DNA of 63,538 bases, filler included, from Craspedostauros australis (taxonomy: Eukaryota), in NCBI GenBank assembly GCA_030167865.1. It is 11 parts of 11 records of this genome, joined end to end, with 100 filler letters (N's around TTAATTAATTAA, not from the genome) between each part and the next. Parts side by side here need not be neighbours in the genome. Positions count along the whole stretch, not along the records: positions 1 to 22,344 come from JALAGF010001650.1; 10 more parts are not named here. The stretch is one strand, 5' to 3'. Positions 1-10,600 of the stretch are shown piece after piece. The translations under genes and the position numbers were made by a program. Position 1 is the stretch's first letter; each line of letters begins with the position of its first letter. The notes beneath the pieces are model-generated. The model had not been told where the DNA came from and did no database searches. It was given only the letters and a program-made list of their open reading frames with translations.

Positions 1-1
1 C

Positions 2-418
2 GTCACCGCCGATGTCACCAAATCCATCTACGATGAGCAGGCCACCTTCAAGGACGGATCCGACCTCGACGGCAAGTACTACCGTGAGCAATGGGTCCGC
101 GGCTGCCGCATGCTCTTTGACGCAGCTGAATGCGAGTCGCGACTCATCGAGGACACCCTTTCGGTGACCAAGCATGCCGTGACCTTCCGCTTCGAGGAGG
201 ACTTGACATTCCGCGGTCCATTCTCGCCCAAGTGCTTCCTGAGCGGAACCGTCGTCATGAAGCGCTGCCCAGTGTCCGGACTGATCAAGTCATACGAGGA
301 GATCTGGGACAAGGATGTGTCAAGCATTGTGAAGTCTGCGAAGCTTCAGGGCGGCAACCGCATGACTGACCTCTTCATGGCTCGTCTTCAGTCTTCGGAT
401 GACAGCGTCATGGCATAA
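2..418 (+). CDS. 5'-truncated DUF2358/SnoaL-like (NTF2-fold) protein, C-terminal part
   Basis: Frame is open from base 2 (VTADVTKSIYDEQATFKDGSDLDG...) and runs into the listed 110..418 ORF. The VTxD...IY...F-D start and I-x-x-YEEIWD end resemble DUF2358-type proteins. Codon usage is C-ending and gene-like. Confidence 0.55.
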   Translation, partial: VTADVTKSIYDEQATFKDGSDLDGKYYREQWVRGCRMLFDAAECESRLIEDTLSVTKHAVTFRFEEDLTFRGPFSPKCFLSGTVVMKRCPVSGLIKSYEEIWDKDVSSIVKSAKLQGGNRMTDLFMARLQSSDDSVMA

Positions 419-975
419 ACAAATGCGCTGCAGCACCACGAGGCTTGTTGTGAATCCTCGCGCATCCTCGTGCACACTCTCGCACATCTCCACACCCAAT
501 TTTTCACGCAAGGAAGTGAATCTCATCACGACCGAGCACCAACATCAATACAGCAATCATATGCACAACAACCATACAGCACCCCATACACCATAGAACA
601 TAGAATACAATAGAATACACGCAATAGAATAGAATACAACAAAGAATACAATACACAATCGACCACTCTACAAACATCATCTTGTGTTCGCAGGGCGTTG
701 AGCAGTCTACTCTCTAGCTTGATGTCAAATCCACACTCACAACTCGCTTTCTGCACAACATGTGCGCGTCTCCATGTGATTGTGTCACATCCGTCATTTT
801 CGAAAGCAACGCGTTATGTACAACTGCATACGATCACGCACAACCACACATGCCTCCACGGCATTCATCGAACCCGACTTTGCATCACTCACAATTTCAA
901 CCATTACCACTTCTGCAACACATCGCAGCAACAACCAGAGTATCAACAAGCAACCCAACAACCACCACAAACAAG

Positions 976-2562
976 ATGGATCCCATTCAGCTCATCAAGT
1001 CGGTGTACTCTACCGGACTCCTCATCTTCTCGATCACCATCGTCTGCGGACTCATCTTCAATGAGCAGACCAAGGTCTCGTCCGAGGTCCACCCAGTGGT
1101 CGCCGTCGTCATCATGATCGCCGCCCTCGTCTGGCTCAACATGGTGGAGGGAGGACAGGGGTCCCTCGTCGGTCTCCCACCAGTCGACCGCGACCTCTAT
1201 GTAGAATCCCACCCAACCAGCCACGGGTGCACCTCCCTCGCCCACAAGGGTGACAACCTCGACCGCCACCTCATGGGGCGTCAGTTCATGGTCCTTCTCA
1301 TGGTCTTCACCATCAACCAGTGCGGTGCCCCGCTCGCCGATGCCGAAGTCTTTGGACTCCCAGACATCATCATCCAGATCTTCCTCGGATCCGGAGCCGC
1401 TATGATCCTCATGACCGCCATGGCCGGACAGCTCAACTCCCAAGTCAACGCCTCCCTCTGCATGTTTGACTACATCAACAACTTCTTCGCCATCTTCACC
1501 CTCTATGTCGCCCTCGCCATCGAGTTCTCTGGACTTCTGCATTCATGCTACCTCGTCCAGATGTTCTTTGTCTGGGCCTTCGGCAAGGAAATCGAGTCGA
1601 AGGAACCACCACGCGACGGTGCCCAGAACCTCTTCTACTGGGGCCGTATCCTCGTCTCCCTCGCCATCCTGTGCTACGCCATGGCCGTCCCTCTCGTCGG
1701 TATGCTTGAGGATATGCTCGAGGGTATGCAGATCGCCCTCTTCGCTGTCGCCAAGCTTCCAAAGGAGGAGCGTGGAGACCACCCAATGGCCCGCAAGACC
1801 TGCGAGCTCCTCTTCGGCGGCGACGGACGCAACCTTCCAGGATTCATGATCGGACGTCAGATCTGCGTGACCATGTGCTTCTTCATCATCGCCCATGTCA
1901 CCACGCTCGATGTCGAGGTCGGAACTGGCGAGAACATCTTCGGAGTCTCCGACAGCACCCAGGAATTCTTCAACACCAGACTTCTCGGAGCCCTCATCAC
2001 CACCATCATCATCACCACCATCGCCTCCATCACATGGCAGCTGGTTGCATCCGTCTTCCCAATCGCCCTCCTTTCCAACCCGATCGTCTACATCTTTCTT
2101 CAGTTCTGTCTGTTGTTGGAAGCCACTGGTATCTGCTCCGGAGCCTGGGTCCTTGCCTCCGTCCACAAGGCCGTCTCTGGCTTCCAGCTCGATGAGGTGT
2201 ACATTGGTACCCCGGAGGAGCGCGCCGCCGGCATGAAGCCAGACCACAAGAGCAACCGCAACCTGCATTTGGGAACCAACTTGCTTGTCAACGAGGCCGG
2301 TTCCACCGCCGTCCCACGCGAGTACCTCGAGCTCCAGAAGGCTCACGCTGCACAAAATGAGCCGTACTCCGTCCGTCGCGAGCGCATCCTGTCGAACATC
2401 AAGAGCCTCCGCGAGGAAATCAATTCGTGCAGCAACGAGGAGGATGCCGTCGTCTTCGAGTCTGCTCTTCGCATGGAGACTGCCGCCATGAACAAGCTGA
2501 ACCAGGAGGAGGAGAACGACAGTGCCGCCGAGAGTGACAAGGAGATGGGTGTGCAGAAGTGA
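976..2562 (+). CDS. SIT: Silicon (silicic acid) transporter, SIT family, with an apparent ~30-aa internal deletion; possibly a decaying copy
   Basis: Likely start ATG 976 (MDPIQLIK). All four GXQ motifs are present (EGGQ, GRQ, EGMQ, GRQ), plus GQLNSQVNAS, a CMLD-like CMFDYIN, HKGDNLDR, multiple TM helices and a C-terminal coiled coil. Confidence 0.93.
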   Translation: MDPIQLIKSVYSTGLLIFSITIVCGLIFNEQTKVSSEVHPVVAVVIMIAALVWLNMVEGGQGSLVGLPPVDRDLYVESHPTSHGCTSLAHKGDNLDRHLMGRQFMVLLMVFTINQCGAPLADAEVFGLPDIIIQIFLGSGAAMILMTAMAGQLNSQVNASLCMFDYINNFFAIFTLYVALAIEFSGLLHSCYLVQMFFVWAFGKEIESKEPPRDGAQNLFYWGRILVSLAILCYAMAVPLVGMLEDMLEGMQIALFAVAKLPKEERGDHPMARKTCELLFGGDGRNLPGFMIGRQICVTMCFFIIAHVTTLDVEVGTGENIFGVSDSTQEFFNTRLLGALITTIIITTIASITWQLVASVFPIALLSNPIVYIFLQFCLLLEATGICSGAWVLASVHKAVSGFQLDEVYIGTPEERAAGMKPDHKSNRNLHLGTNLLVNEAGSTAVPREYLELQKAHAAQNEPYSVRRERILSNIKSLREEINSCSNEEDAVVFESALRMETAAMNKLNQEEENDSAAESDKEMGVQK

Positions 2563-3012
2563 GCACGTTGACACTTGGTGCATCGAGGCGTAACGACAGC
2601 GCGACGTATCAATACATCAACACATATCAACATGCAGATGAACACACCCACACATGCATCATGGCGCCGATGGCATTCTTGAGATGTATCTCGAATCTCA
2701 GACCATGGCGCCGCTTCCTCCAACAGATGCAAAGCGCAATCGCATGCCACACATGTATCTGCCACAACACATCGTAACACATCACAATGCATGGGTTAGA
2801 CAGAGGTACCAGGACCTTGCAACACGAAGCGAGGTGAAGCAGATTGCAGCAAACTATACCATGATACAATAATTGTAGCCCACTGAGCGATAGTTTAGTA
2901 ATGACTGATTTACGTCAACGATGGATGTTGACCACTTGACAGCTACTAAGGGAGACTACTTTGACAGATTGTTGGTTGGTTGGTTCTTGTCCAATTTACA
3001 GCCATGCTCTCG

Positions 3013-5808
3013 TCAAGTGAGATTGGTCAAGTAGTTGACAATATCAGTCTGACCCAGTTTTTTTGCAAAATCCAGTGCAGTGTAGCCACTGTCGCCCTTG
3101 ATGCTGATGTCTGCGTTGCATGATCCCACCAAGTACTTGACCACCTCCAAATGACCAAAGTAACTTGCCCGCCAAAGCGGAGTTCTGCCATAGTAGTCTT
3201 GAATGTCGATTTCTGCGTTGCAGACTTCCACCAAATACTTCACGACCTCCAATTTGCCACTGAAGCACGCTTGGTGCAGTGGAGTGTTGCCATACTTGTT
3301 TTGAATGTCGATTTCTGCGTTGCACGATTCCACCAAATACTTCACGACCTCCAATCTACCATTGAAGCACGCTTTGTGCAGTGGAGTGTTGCCATATCTG
3401 CTGGTTTTGATGTTGGCATTTGCGTTGCACGATTCCATCAAATACTTCACGACCTCCAATTTGCCATTGAAGCATGCACTGTGCAGTGGAGTGTTGCCAT
3501 ATCTGCTGGTTTTGATGTTGGCATTTGCGTTGCAGACTTCCACCAAATACCTCACGACCTCCAATTTGCCATTGAAGCACGCTTGGTGCAGTGGAGTGTT
3601 GCCATACTTGTTTTGAATGTCGATTTCTGCGTTGCACGATTCCACCAAATACTTCACGACCTCCAATGTGCCACGAATGCTCGCAAGGTGCATCGCAGTG
3701 TTGCCAGACCTTTTGGTTTTGATGTTGGCATTTGCGTTGCACGATTCCACCAAATACTTCACGACCTCCAATCTGCCATTGAAGCACGCTTGGTGCAGTG
3801 GAGTTCTGCCATGCTTGCTTTGGATGTTGACATTTGCGTTGCAGACTTCCACCAAATACTTCACGACCTCCAATCTACCATTGAAGCACGCTTGGTGCAG
3901 TGCAGTGTTGCCAGACCTGTCAGTGTTGATGTTGACATCTACCTTGCCTTGTTCAACTAACAACTTCACAACGTCGAGATTACCATCAGCGCTTGCGCGA
4001 TTGAGGATGGTGTTGCCAAACTGGTTTTTCACGTTCAAATCGACATTTGGTGCTGCGATCAGATACTTGACAATGTCGAAGTGATTGTTGTGATATGCCT
4101 TGAAGATTGGAGTCTCGCGATTGTTGCTCTCAGCGTTGATATTGGCTTTGCCGGATTCAATCAGCCACTTCACAACATCCAGATGTCCATTGCCACTTGC
4201 GAGATGGAGTGCAGTGTCGCCATACTTGTTTTGAATGTCGATATTGACCTTGCCTTGTTCAACCAAATACTTCACGACCTCCAATCTGCCATGAATGCTC
4301 GCAAGGTGCATCGCAGTGTTGCCATACTTGGTTTGAATGTCGATTTCTGCGTTGCAGACTTCCACCAAATACTTCACGACCTCCAATCTGCCATTGAAGC
4401 ACGCGTAGTGCAGCGGAGTTCTGCCATGCTTGCTTTGGATGTTGACATTTGCGTTGCACGATTCCACCAAATACTTCACGACCTCCAATCTGCCATTGAA
4501 GCACGCTTGGTGCAGTGGAGTGTTGCCAGACCTGTTGGTTTTGATGTTGGCATTTGCGTTGCAGACTTCCACCAAATACTTCACGACCTCCAATCTGCCA
4601 TTGAAGCACGCTTCGTGCAGTGGAGTGTTGCCAGACCTGTCAGTGTTGATGTTGACATCTACCTTGCCTTGTTCAACCAGCAACTTCACAACGCCGAGAT
4701 TACCATCAGCGCTTGCGCGATCGAGGATGGTGTTGCCACTCTGATCTTTTACGTTCAAATCGACATTGGGTGCGGCAACCAGATACTTGACAATGTCGAA
4801 GTGATTGTTGTGATATGCCTTGAAGATTGGAGTCTTACGGTTGTCGTTCTCAGCGTTGATATTGGCTTTGCCGGATTCAACCAGCCACTTCACAACATCC
4901 AGATGGCCATGCGCGGTTGCGCAGTGAAGGGCAGTGTCGCCATTCTCACCCTTGATATTGATGTCCACCTGACCTGACTCCACCAACCATCTCACAACAT
5001 CCAGATGACCATGTCTGTAAGCAACATGAAGCGCGGTATCGTCATCATTGTTCTGGACGTCGATGGCCACAGTACTAGCCTCCATCACGTACTTCAAGAT
5101 ATCAAGATGACCCTTCAGACACGCATCGTGGATCGCAGTATTGCCGAAATCATCCTGCACATTGATTTCCACTCCATGTGATCCAACGAGGTACTCCACA
5201 ACATCCAAGTGTCCATGAAGACACGCGGCATGGAGGGCATTCTCACCCTTCTCATCTTGCACGAGAGCGCTTGCAGAATATGACTCGATCAGAGTCTTCA
5301 CGATGGCCACATGTCCCTCGGTACATGCGTCGTGGAGTGCCACCTTGCCGCAGTTATCCTGGAGGTTGACATTTGCAGCATGCGACCTGGCCAGGTATTC
5401 CACGACGTCGAGGTTTCCCTGTGCGCATGCATAGTGTAGCGCAGTCTCTCCATCCATGGATTGGGCATTGGCGTCCGCTCCGCATGACTCCATCAACTGT
5501 TTGATCGTTTCAAGCTGGCCGTTGGAGCATGCGAGGTGGAGTGGAGTCTTGTCGCGGTTATCCTTGATCGAGTCGATGGAGGTTTGTGGAAATGTCGTCT
5601 TCCATGTGGTGAGGGTATCCACGTCACCTCGTTCTGCGGCGCGTAGGAGATCCCGGTCGGTGATGGTTGGGTTGGATGCATCACCAGGGGTCGACTTGAG
5701 CGGAATGAGAGACGGTGAGGCTGTGGATAGTGATGTCCGGACTTGATGGTTGTGGTTGCGCAATGGCGAGGCGAGCAGCGCTACGAGTGGGGGGAGGATG
5801 AAGACCAT
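3013..5808 (-). CDS. Ankyrin-repeat protein (~26 repeats, no other domain seen)
   Basis: 931-aa intronless ORF made of 34-35-aa units G-x-TPLH-x-A...G-x-LEVVKYLVE. The C-terminal units are near-identical at DNA level. Confidence 0.95.
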   Translation of the reverse strand: MVFILPPLVALLASPLRNHNHQVRTSLSTASPSLIPLKSTPGDASNPTITDRDLLRAAERGDVDTLTTWKTTFPQTSIDSIKDNRDKTPLHLACSNGQLETIKQLMESCGADANAQSMDGETALHYACAQGNLDVVEYLARSHAANVNLQDNCGKVALHDACTEGHVAIVKTLIESYSASALVQDEKGENALHAACLHGHLDVVEYLVGSHGVEINVQDDFGNTAIHDACLKGHLDILKYVMEASTVAIDVQNNDDDTALHVAYRHGHLDVVRWLVESGQVDINIKGENGDTALHCATAHGHLDVVKWLVESGKANINAENDNRKTPIFKAYHNNHFDIVKYLVAAPNVDLNVKDQSGNTILDRASADGNLGVVKLLVEQGKVDVNINTDRSGNTPLHEACFNGRLEVVKYLVEVCNANANIKTNRSGNTPLHQACFNGRLEVVKYLVESCNANVNIQSKHGRTPLHYACFNGRLEVVKYLVEVCNAEIDIQTKYGNTAMHLASIHGRLEVVKYLVEQGKVNIDIQNKYGDTALHLASGNGHLDVVKWLIESGKANINAESNNRETPIFKAYHNNHFDIVKYLIAAPNVDLNVKNQFGNTILNRASADGNLDVVKLLVEQGKVDVNINTDRSGNTALHQACFNGRLEVVKYLVEVCNANVNIQSKHGRTPLHQACFNGRLEVVKYLVESCNANANIKTKRSGNTAMHLASIRGTLEVVKYLVESCNAEIDIQNKYGNTPLHQACFNGKLEVVRYLVEVCNANANIKTSRYGNTPLHSACFNGKLEVVKYLMESCNANANIKTSRYGNTPLHKACFNGRLEVVKYLVESCNAEIDIQNKYGNTPLHQACFSGKLEVVKYLVEVCNAEIDIQDYYGRTPLWRASYFGHLEVVKYLVGSCNADISIKGDSGYTALDFAKKLGQTDIVNYLTNLT
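3100..4950 (-). repeat. 102/105-nt coding tandem repeats with a higher-order 720-nt duplication
   Basis: The core ccaccaaatacttcacgacctccaat recurs about every 102-105 nt. 4081 and 4801 both begin gtgattgttgtgatatgccttgaagattggagtct, an offset of 720 nt (7 units). Confidence 0.92.
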
Positions 5809-7687
5809 GATGGAGCTGGTGTGTGTCGAGATGGAATGACTTGTTGCTCAGATGTGATCAATGCAACGGGCTTTTTCGATGTGATTGAATGATTGTTTGG
5901 CTGATCGTAGTCCCTTGATCTCATCTCTGTCTGCTTTTATGAATCGATCATGTTCTGCTTCATGGTCGTTGGTGGTGGTATCCCGTGTGTTCCGTTTCAC
6001 GCAGCGTGCACGGTATTACGTTGATGGTTGTTTCATGATGTGTGTCGTTTCACACTGTTGCCGCGATACCACTGTGGTCACCCCCATCAACTTTGGCGTC
6101 AGCTTGAACATAGTATTGGAGATGCTCTTGAATATACTCTTGAACGTGATCGTGATCGTGGCCGTGGCCAGGCACAGAAAGAGAAGTTGATCGTGGGCGC
6201 AGGCGTCGGAAGTCATCATTGTGCGTGTTATCATCCTTGGAATGTGGATACGACCGAGGATCCTGCGAGTGTGGAATCACGCAAAGCAATGGAGTCAACA
6301 CGGACCGTGGTGTGTTCCTCACCATCCCATCCTCATTGTTCTTTTTGTTGGTGCCAAGAGCGAACACGAACGCCAACGCCGCGCCAAAAGTGAGTCGATC
6401 TAGTCGAAGTTCATTGTTCTTGAATGACGCGCTTGAATTTGTTGTGGTTGGGTGACTGCGCAGTTGGAGTCGTCCACGATGACACGCACAAACACGCTCA
6501 CACACACACACACAAGCACCATCATCACTTCTGTTCAATCGCAACTCCGTTCGACAATCGCGATGACGACCCTCCCCAACGATCAGAAATGATACCCAAC
6601 GTGAGGCTTGCAAAGCAATGAGACAAGACGAGGAAGTGCAACGTCATGACGGAGAAGCAGAGGATGAACACACACACATACCTCTTGATCATCATGTTCG
6701 TGATCGTTGCGCATCGTATCGCATCGCTTCAAACCATGAATACAAACAATGGGATGACATGATGAGGCATCAGCATCCAAGAGGGATTGCGTGAAGGCAC
6801 TCCACTTTCTCCGCGACTACGAGCTACTGCGCGGAACCTTCCGTGGCTGCTCGTCCGCCACATCACATCGCACATTTCTCTGACTTCCATGTATCACATG
6901 CTACGTCCGTCCGTCAATCATACAATCAATCCCGTTTCGACCGATTCCATTCATGGATGGTTTCGTGATTGGACGTTTTCTTTGGACTTGTTCTCCGCTT
7001 TTCCTCAATCGCATGATGCGATCTCGAACAACTTTGTCCGACTAATCTGGCACGTGTTGAAGTGAAGAACAAGAGAACACGCCCAAAACTATCACGAAGA
7101 ATCGCACGAAGAGAAACGATTGCTTTCCGGGATTGATGTTGCTTGGCGGCTCACAACAGTTATCCGTTTTCTGTCACGTTTGGTGCTTCAAAGATAAGGA
7201 GAACCGGAGAGAAACATGCCTTCTGGGTCAGTGCACTTAGTGGCCTGGCCGGTTCGAGACTGGTTGTGTGTACGTTTTGGAGCCGCGACGTGCTTCTGCA
7301 CGGCAGGAGTTGGTCACAACTATTGCGTGGTTTGTGCCAATGGTCACAAAGCATCACGCCTCACTCGCACTTTTGGCGAACATGCATGTCTTGGTTGCTC
7401 GTGTACATCACGCGCCAGAAGTCCTTGGCACAGGACCAAATCTAACAACGAGAGCCTCGTCCAAGCGACCATCGGAGATGCAACTATTTGGCGTGTTATG
7501 GTTGCGCACAACTTCGACGACATCTACATTTGTTCGCATTGACGACGTGGTGAACTGCCCTGGTTGTTGCAACCGCCACAAGCACATCATAAAAACAGCA
7601 CAAGCACACGTCTTGTCGCAATCACAATCGCAGCTGTGACCAGCGGCGGAAACGACACAGAAGCAAGGCATCCAACAAGTGTCATCG

Positions 7688-10600
7688 ATGAACGCTACGG
7701 CCATGGACAAGACCGAGAGGAGCACGCACAGCACTGCGGCTCCCATCCAATACACAAGCACGATGCCAACACCGCTAACGCATCCGCAACCGCAGCCTCG
7801 TGCTTCCAATGCAACATCGCAAGCAAAGAGCAGGGTCTCGTTCACCTCCGGCAACGACTTTTACGACGATGGATACAGCGAGACCGAACTTAATGCTCAG
7901 ATCCACTGCAAGCTGGATTTCCGCAATACGAGCTTCTTTGGTCGTTCCCACGAACTGCGGCAGCTGAACGATGCGTTCGATGGCATCGTGTGGCGATCTT
8001 CCAAACGGAACAGCCAAGGACGTGGACGGCATCAAAAAGAGAAACGAGAGGGCAAAAAGAGCGCATCCGATAATGATGACCGAGTTGTTCCCAAAGGTCC
8101 CAAAGCGGACTCGAGCCCTGGCTTTGGATCGGGCGGCTCAGGGCTCCCAGCAGCCTTCCTGTGGGGACTCAGCGGAACTGGGAAGTCGAGATTGGTCAAG
8201 CAGTTTGCCACATCTCTCCACTACGCAGCGGATGGGCGACGAGCAAAAGTTAAGAGCAGCGGGAATGGTGGGAGCAATGTCAATCCTGGCACTGTCAACT
8301 CCATCAAAACGGTCGAAGAACACCCACAGCCAAAGAAACGCGCGTACATCATCCAAGGCAAGAATGACGAAAATACAGGATCAAAGGACCCCTTCTCCGC
8401 CATCATCCAGGCCCTGAACGACTTCTGCCGACAGGTCGCAGATGAAACCAAGGCCGAGCGTCGGCGCATCGCGAAGATCATCCGCCATAGCATGAATGGC
8501 GAGGTGCAGACATTGACGACGATGGTGCCGTCTATATCTTTCTTGCTCAATGCGGATCTGCCACAGGCAGAAGATGGAGGCAAGGACAACACTGGACCCT
8601 GGTCTGCAGCTCCAACCGTCCAGCCACGAGGATCAGCCCAATCCACAACTTCGGCGTACAGCAGCGAGGAGGTGGACGAGATGATCCGTTCAAGCGACAA
8701 GGCCTGGAACCAACTGCGGTACGTCTTTGGCTCTTTCATCAAGGCCATCGCGACCAAGAAGCGGCCTCTCGTCATGTTCCTCGACGATCTGCAATGGAGT
8801 TCTCAAGTTGCCCTGGATCTCCTTTCCACCTTGCTGCAAGACAAGGGATTGAAGAGCTTCCTGTTCATCGGTGCCATCCGCCAGGAAATCAACCCTCACA
8901 CCGATCAACCCTTGGAACTCGAAGCCACCTCACCTCTCTCCAACATGTTTGACAGGCTGCATGCCTCTCAACACCAGCTGCCCACAGAATCTCCGCAGCT
9001 GGAACAAGCGGGATCTTGGCCCAGGCCGCCTGAGCAGCGTGAGACCGGATTCTGGACGAATATCCATCTCGGAAACATGACACAAGACGACATCGGCTCG
9101 TGGTTGTCGCAGTTGCTCGACCGCGAGGTGGATGAGCTGCGACCGTTGACGGTGAAGCTTCACAATAGAACCAACGGCAACATCTTCTTCTTGCTCCAAT
9201 TGCTGGAAGAACTCGAGCGCACCAACGCCATCGCCTACAGCCGCATATCGTTCCAGTGGGAGTGGCATCTGCCGGATGAAGACTCTCTTGATAGCAATGA
9301 CCTCGGCATGTCCAACCCGAAAGCACCTCGGCGTCAGAAAAGCGCGTTCGCATCCGCGAGCAACATCGTGCAACTGATGGTGATGAAGCTCAACAACCAA
9401 CCCGCAGAGCTTCGCACTGCCTTGATCATCGCCTCGTACATCCGCTTCAGCTTTGACTTCGATCTGTTGATGTCCGTTTTATCAGAAGAGAGTGCACACC
9501 AACCCTTTGTGCACGGCTTCGCATTTGCAGCATGCAACGGAAACAGCGGTCAGCATGCGGGCACAAGAATGGAGTTAACCACTGCTTCGATCGCAACGTC
9601 CAAACGACGATCGGCGTTGCTCGATTCTTTGGAGCAGGCAGTGCTGGATGGCCTACTCTCCAACACTGTCGGGAGCCAGACATTCCGCTTCGCGCACGAC
9701 CGTATCCAACAGGCGGCGTTGAGCCTGGTCCCATTCGGCGAGACCAGGAGCAAGCTCAAGCAAAGGATTGGGATGCACATGTGGAACCTGTACTGCCAGC
9801 AGAATGGATTGCCCTTTGCGTCAATCGCAGAATCTGCACCCATTGGAGCAGCAGCAACGCCAACCGAGCCGCCCAACGACGAAGCAACACCAACCATCGA
9901 CACCAGCTTGCTCTTTGTCGCTGCGGACCATCTCAATTCCGTCCCCACCAAGGATCACCTATTCTCGATGCAACTCAACGTGGAGGTTGGAGAACAGGCA
10001 TCCAAGATAGCAGCGACGGCGCCTTCCGCAGTGTACCTGCAACTGGCGCACAATGCTTTCCGCAAGCTTCGCAATCCATGGGGGGATCATTTCGACCTCT
10101 CCCTGCGACTGCATCAGCTCCGGACCGACGCCGAGCTCACGCTGGGCCGCTTTCAACTGGGCTTCGACTTGGGCCACGTGGTGCTAGAGAAAGCAGCCGG
10201 CATCAATGAGAAGATCCCGGTGTACTGCAGCATGGCAGAAGCATACGGACGACAGGACAAGCAGGACCTGAGCATGAAGGTCAGCAGGAGTGCCCTTCTG
10301 TTGCTTGGTGAGTACCCCAAGAGGGCGTACGCGGTGCATGCCGTTTCCAACCTGCTTTTCTTGAGGTCGTACCTCGGCCGCCACACCGATGAGCAAATTC
10401 TGTCGCTTCCAGCGCTACAGGAGAAAAGCAAACGAATCTCTGCCAGATTGTTGATTCAGGTCTGGATCCGAGCGCTGGTGGCTCAGAATATCCCTGAGTG
10501 CCTGCTGGCGCCAACGAAGATCGCCCGGATGTCGATCAAGAACGGACTTTGCGCCGAGTCTGCATTTGGCTTCGTCAACTACGGCCTCGTGGCGGCCATC

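Noticed and set aside
592..657. (ATAGA/ATACA)n run upstream of SIT as a silicon-response element
   Set aside because: Similar pentamer microsatellites occur elsewhere (e.g. ~44030-44070, ~45400-45435); no specific support.
760..975. 72-aa N-terminal extension of the SIT ORF
   Set aside because: A/C-rich UTR-like sequence with no SIT similarity; ATG 976 fits the family start.
943..2583. Long antisense ORFs over SIT (and similar ones over NRT2, ERGIC, macro-SirTM and C2 genes)
   Set aside because: Expected by-product of strong C-ending codon bias; no motifs.
3100..4950. CRISPR-like array or DGR template/variable repeats
   Set aside because: The units are in-frame ankyrin codons, the intervening parts are homologous rather than unique spacers, and no cas or RT gene or non-coding template copy is seen.
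6050..7650. Small ORFs between the ankyrin and ATPase genes (e.g. Cys-rich 7216..7542)
   Set aside because: No recognisable motif or codon bias; consistent with promoter/UTR sequence.
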